Made by a program: the position numbers and the translations under genes
The notes under the pieces: model-generated
What the model was told of the DNA's origin: nothing
Database searches by the model: none
What the model saw: only the letters and a program-made list of their open reading frames with translations
Assembly (NCBI GenBank): GCA_964016885.1
Contig: OZ024748.1
Span: 46,376,001-46,440,000, forward strand
DNA length: 64,000 nt
From: Eledone cirrhosa
Lineage: Eukaryota
Direction of reading: 5' to 3'
Part shown: positions 62,383 through 64,000 of the stretch, in pieces
How the letters are laid out: each line of letters starts with the position of its first letter
Numbering within the stretch: the stretch's first letter is position 1

Positions 62383-63062
62383 AACACACACATCCATATA
62401 CACATATATACAATACACCACATATACACATTCCCTCTTTCTTTATCTCTGTTTCCCTCGACGTATTTCCTTTTACCCTACCTTCACTCTCTCCTATTCC
62501 CCTCCTACCGTGTGTCTACCGTATATTTCCCTCCTCTAACTATCCCTCATACAGTCACTCACCCTCATTCACTCTAATTTACAATCCCATGTCTCTATTG
62601 TTCAAGAGGTTTCGTCTTATATTTGCCGGTTGGCCAGGAAATTTCTATCTACTTTGCTCTTTCGCAATGTTGACGATACTGTTGTTGTTGTTGTTGTTGC
62701 TACTGTCGTTGTAATATTAACATTTGTTACCCTTCATTCATGCCTCTGTCATACACACACACCCATCCACTCACACACACACAGACACAGACACAGGCAC
62801 ACACACACACACACACGCACACACATATATATATATATCATATATATATAGTAAATTTAATATAGAATATAGAAATAGCTTCAACAGGACTAGAACTGTT
62901 TTATTCAAAAGAAATCATCTGAACAGCCCCCGATTGAAACCAACACATGCACACACACGCACACAGAGAGACGCACACACACACACACACACACACAGGC
63001 ACACACAGACACACACAGACACACACACACACACACACACATTCTATCATTACAACAGCAGA

Positions 63063-63146
63063 GGTCCGCCGAGCTTTGATTCCAGAGTAGGGTCAGATCG
63101 ACACAGATAGAACCTTGAGCTGATCAATAGCGAAACGCGCGTCACC
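63063..63146 (+). ncRNA. Degenerate hammerhead with long stem II (family N)
   Basis: ggt-CCGCCGA-gctttgat..atcaatagc-GAAA-cgcgcg-TC-acc. Confidence 0.55.
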
Positions 63147-63655
63147 AATCAATAAACGTAATGACGGCTTAACACATCCTCATGGTCGGACGCCATGCTT
63201 TGACGCATAGAGTTACGGCCCTTGCTTTCTGAGTTCAAATCCCGCCGAGGTTAACTTTGCCTTTCATCCTTACAGGGTCGATAAAATAAAGTACCAGTAA
63301 TGCACTGGGTAATTTGCTGGCCTTGTGCCAAAAGTAGAAACAATTATTATATTATACTCTGTCTAGCTCTACACCTCGCTACAGACGTAGAGATAGATTG
63401 AGAGGACGGGCGGGTTATATATATATAGTAAACAAGGACCCACACCCCACCCTCCCGCACCCAAATTAGACTTATCGTCCCCTACTTTTGCTCTTTACTC
63501 TCTTTACTCTTTGTTCTTGAATGTTTGGTTGGTAGAGTCCATAACACCAATCAAATCCCTTTTATAGCTCTGACGAATCCTACGGTTACGTAAGGAAGAA
63601 ACATTGTAAGCCAATAAAAATCTTTTGATGTTGTAGACGCTCTTGTGTTCTTTAT

Positions 63656-63746
<91 letters not shown>

Positions 63747-63925
63747 CGAAGGAAATGTGGTAAGGAACCAAGTGGACCATAACGCACCAAAGTACTCAAT
63801 ACTTAGGGTAGTAGAGTGGGTAATAGGAACGAGTAGGACCCCGACGGCGTTGATTTTTTTTTTTTCTTTAGTCCAGAATTAGCCGTCGAAACGGCTTGAG
63901 CTCAGCCGTCGGGGTCCTACTCGTT

Positions 63926-63993
<68 letters not shown>

Positions 63994-64000
63994 GAGAGAG

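Overview
AT-rich, microsatellite-saturated eukaryotic intergenic/intronic DNA with no recognisable host gene. The (TA)n density and SINE types suggest an Octopus/cephalopod genome, which is an inference. Almost all track ORFs are (TA)n/(CA)n translation artefacts. The real coding remnants are retroelements: a young, head-to-head inverted Penelope-like element (PLE; RT+GIY-YIG, 38449-42910), two decayed PLEs (15505-19000, 27716-30294), a CR1-type APE+RT LINE (21118-22994), a Tx1/L1-type 3' fragment with a 21-bp TSD, and RTE/CR1 scraps, plus tRNA-derived SINEs and MITEs. The main observation is that the short unique islands between (TA)n tracts belong to about 15 sequence-unrelated families sharing one RNA architecture. 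Each has a type-I hammerhead ribozyme (often with a palindromic stem III and natural core variants), an AT-rich linker, a covarying bulged hairpin (ACUC-stem-loop-stem-UN-GAGURC) and then (TA)n. Many copies are asymmetric fold-back palindromes whose short arm usually stops 0-10 nt before that hairpin. This looks like a diverse population of (TA)n-targeting PLE termini / retrozyme-like RNAs with a shared 3' cis-signal. All folding was done by eye.
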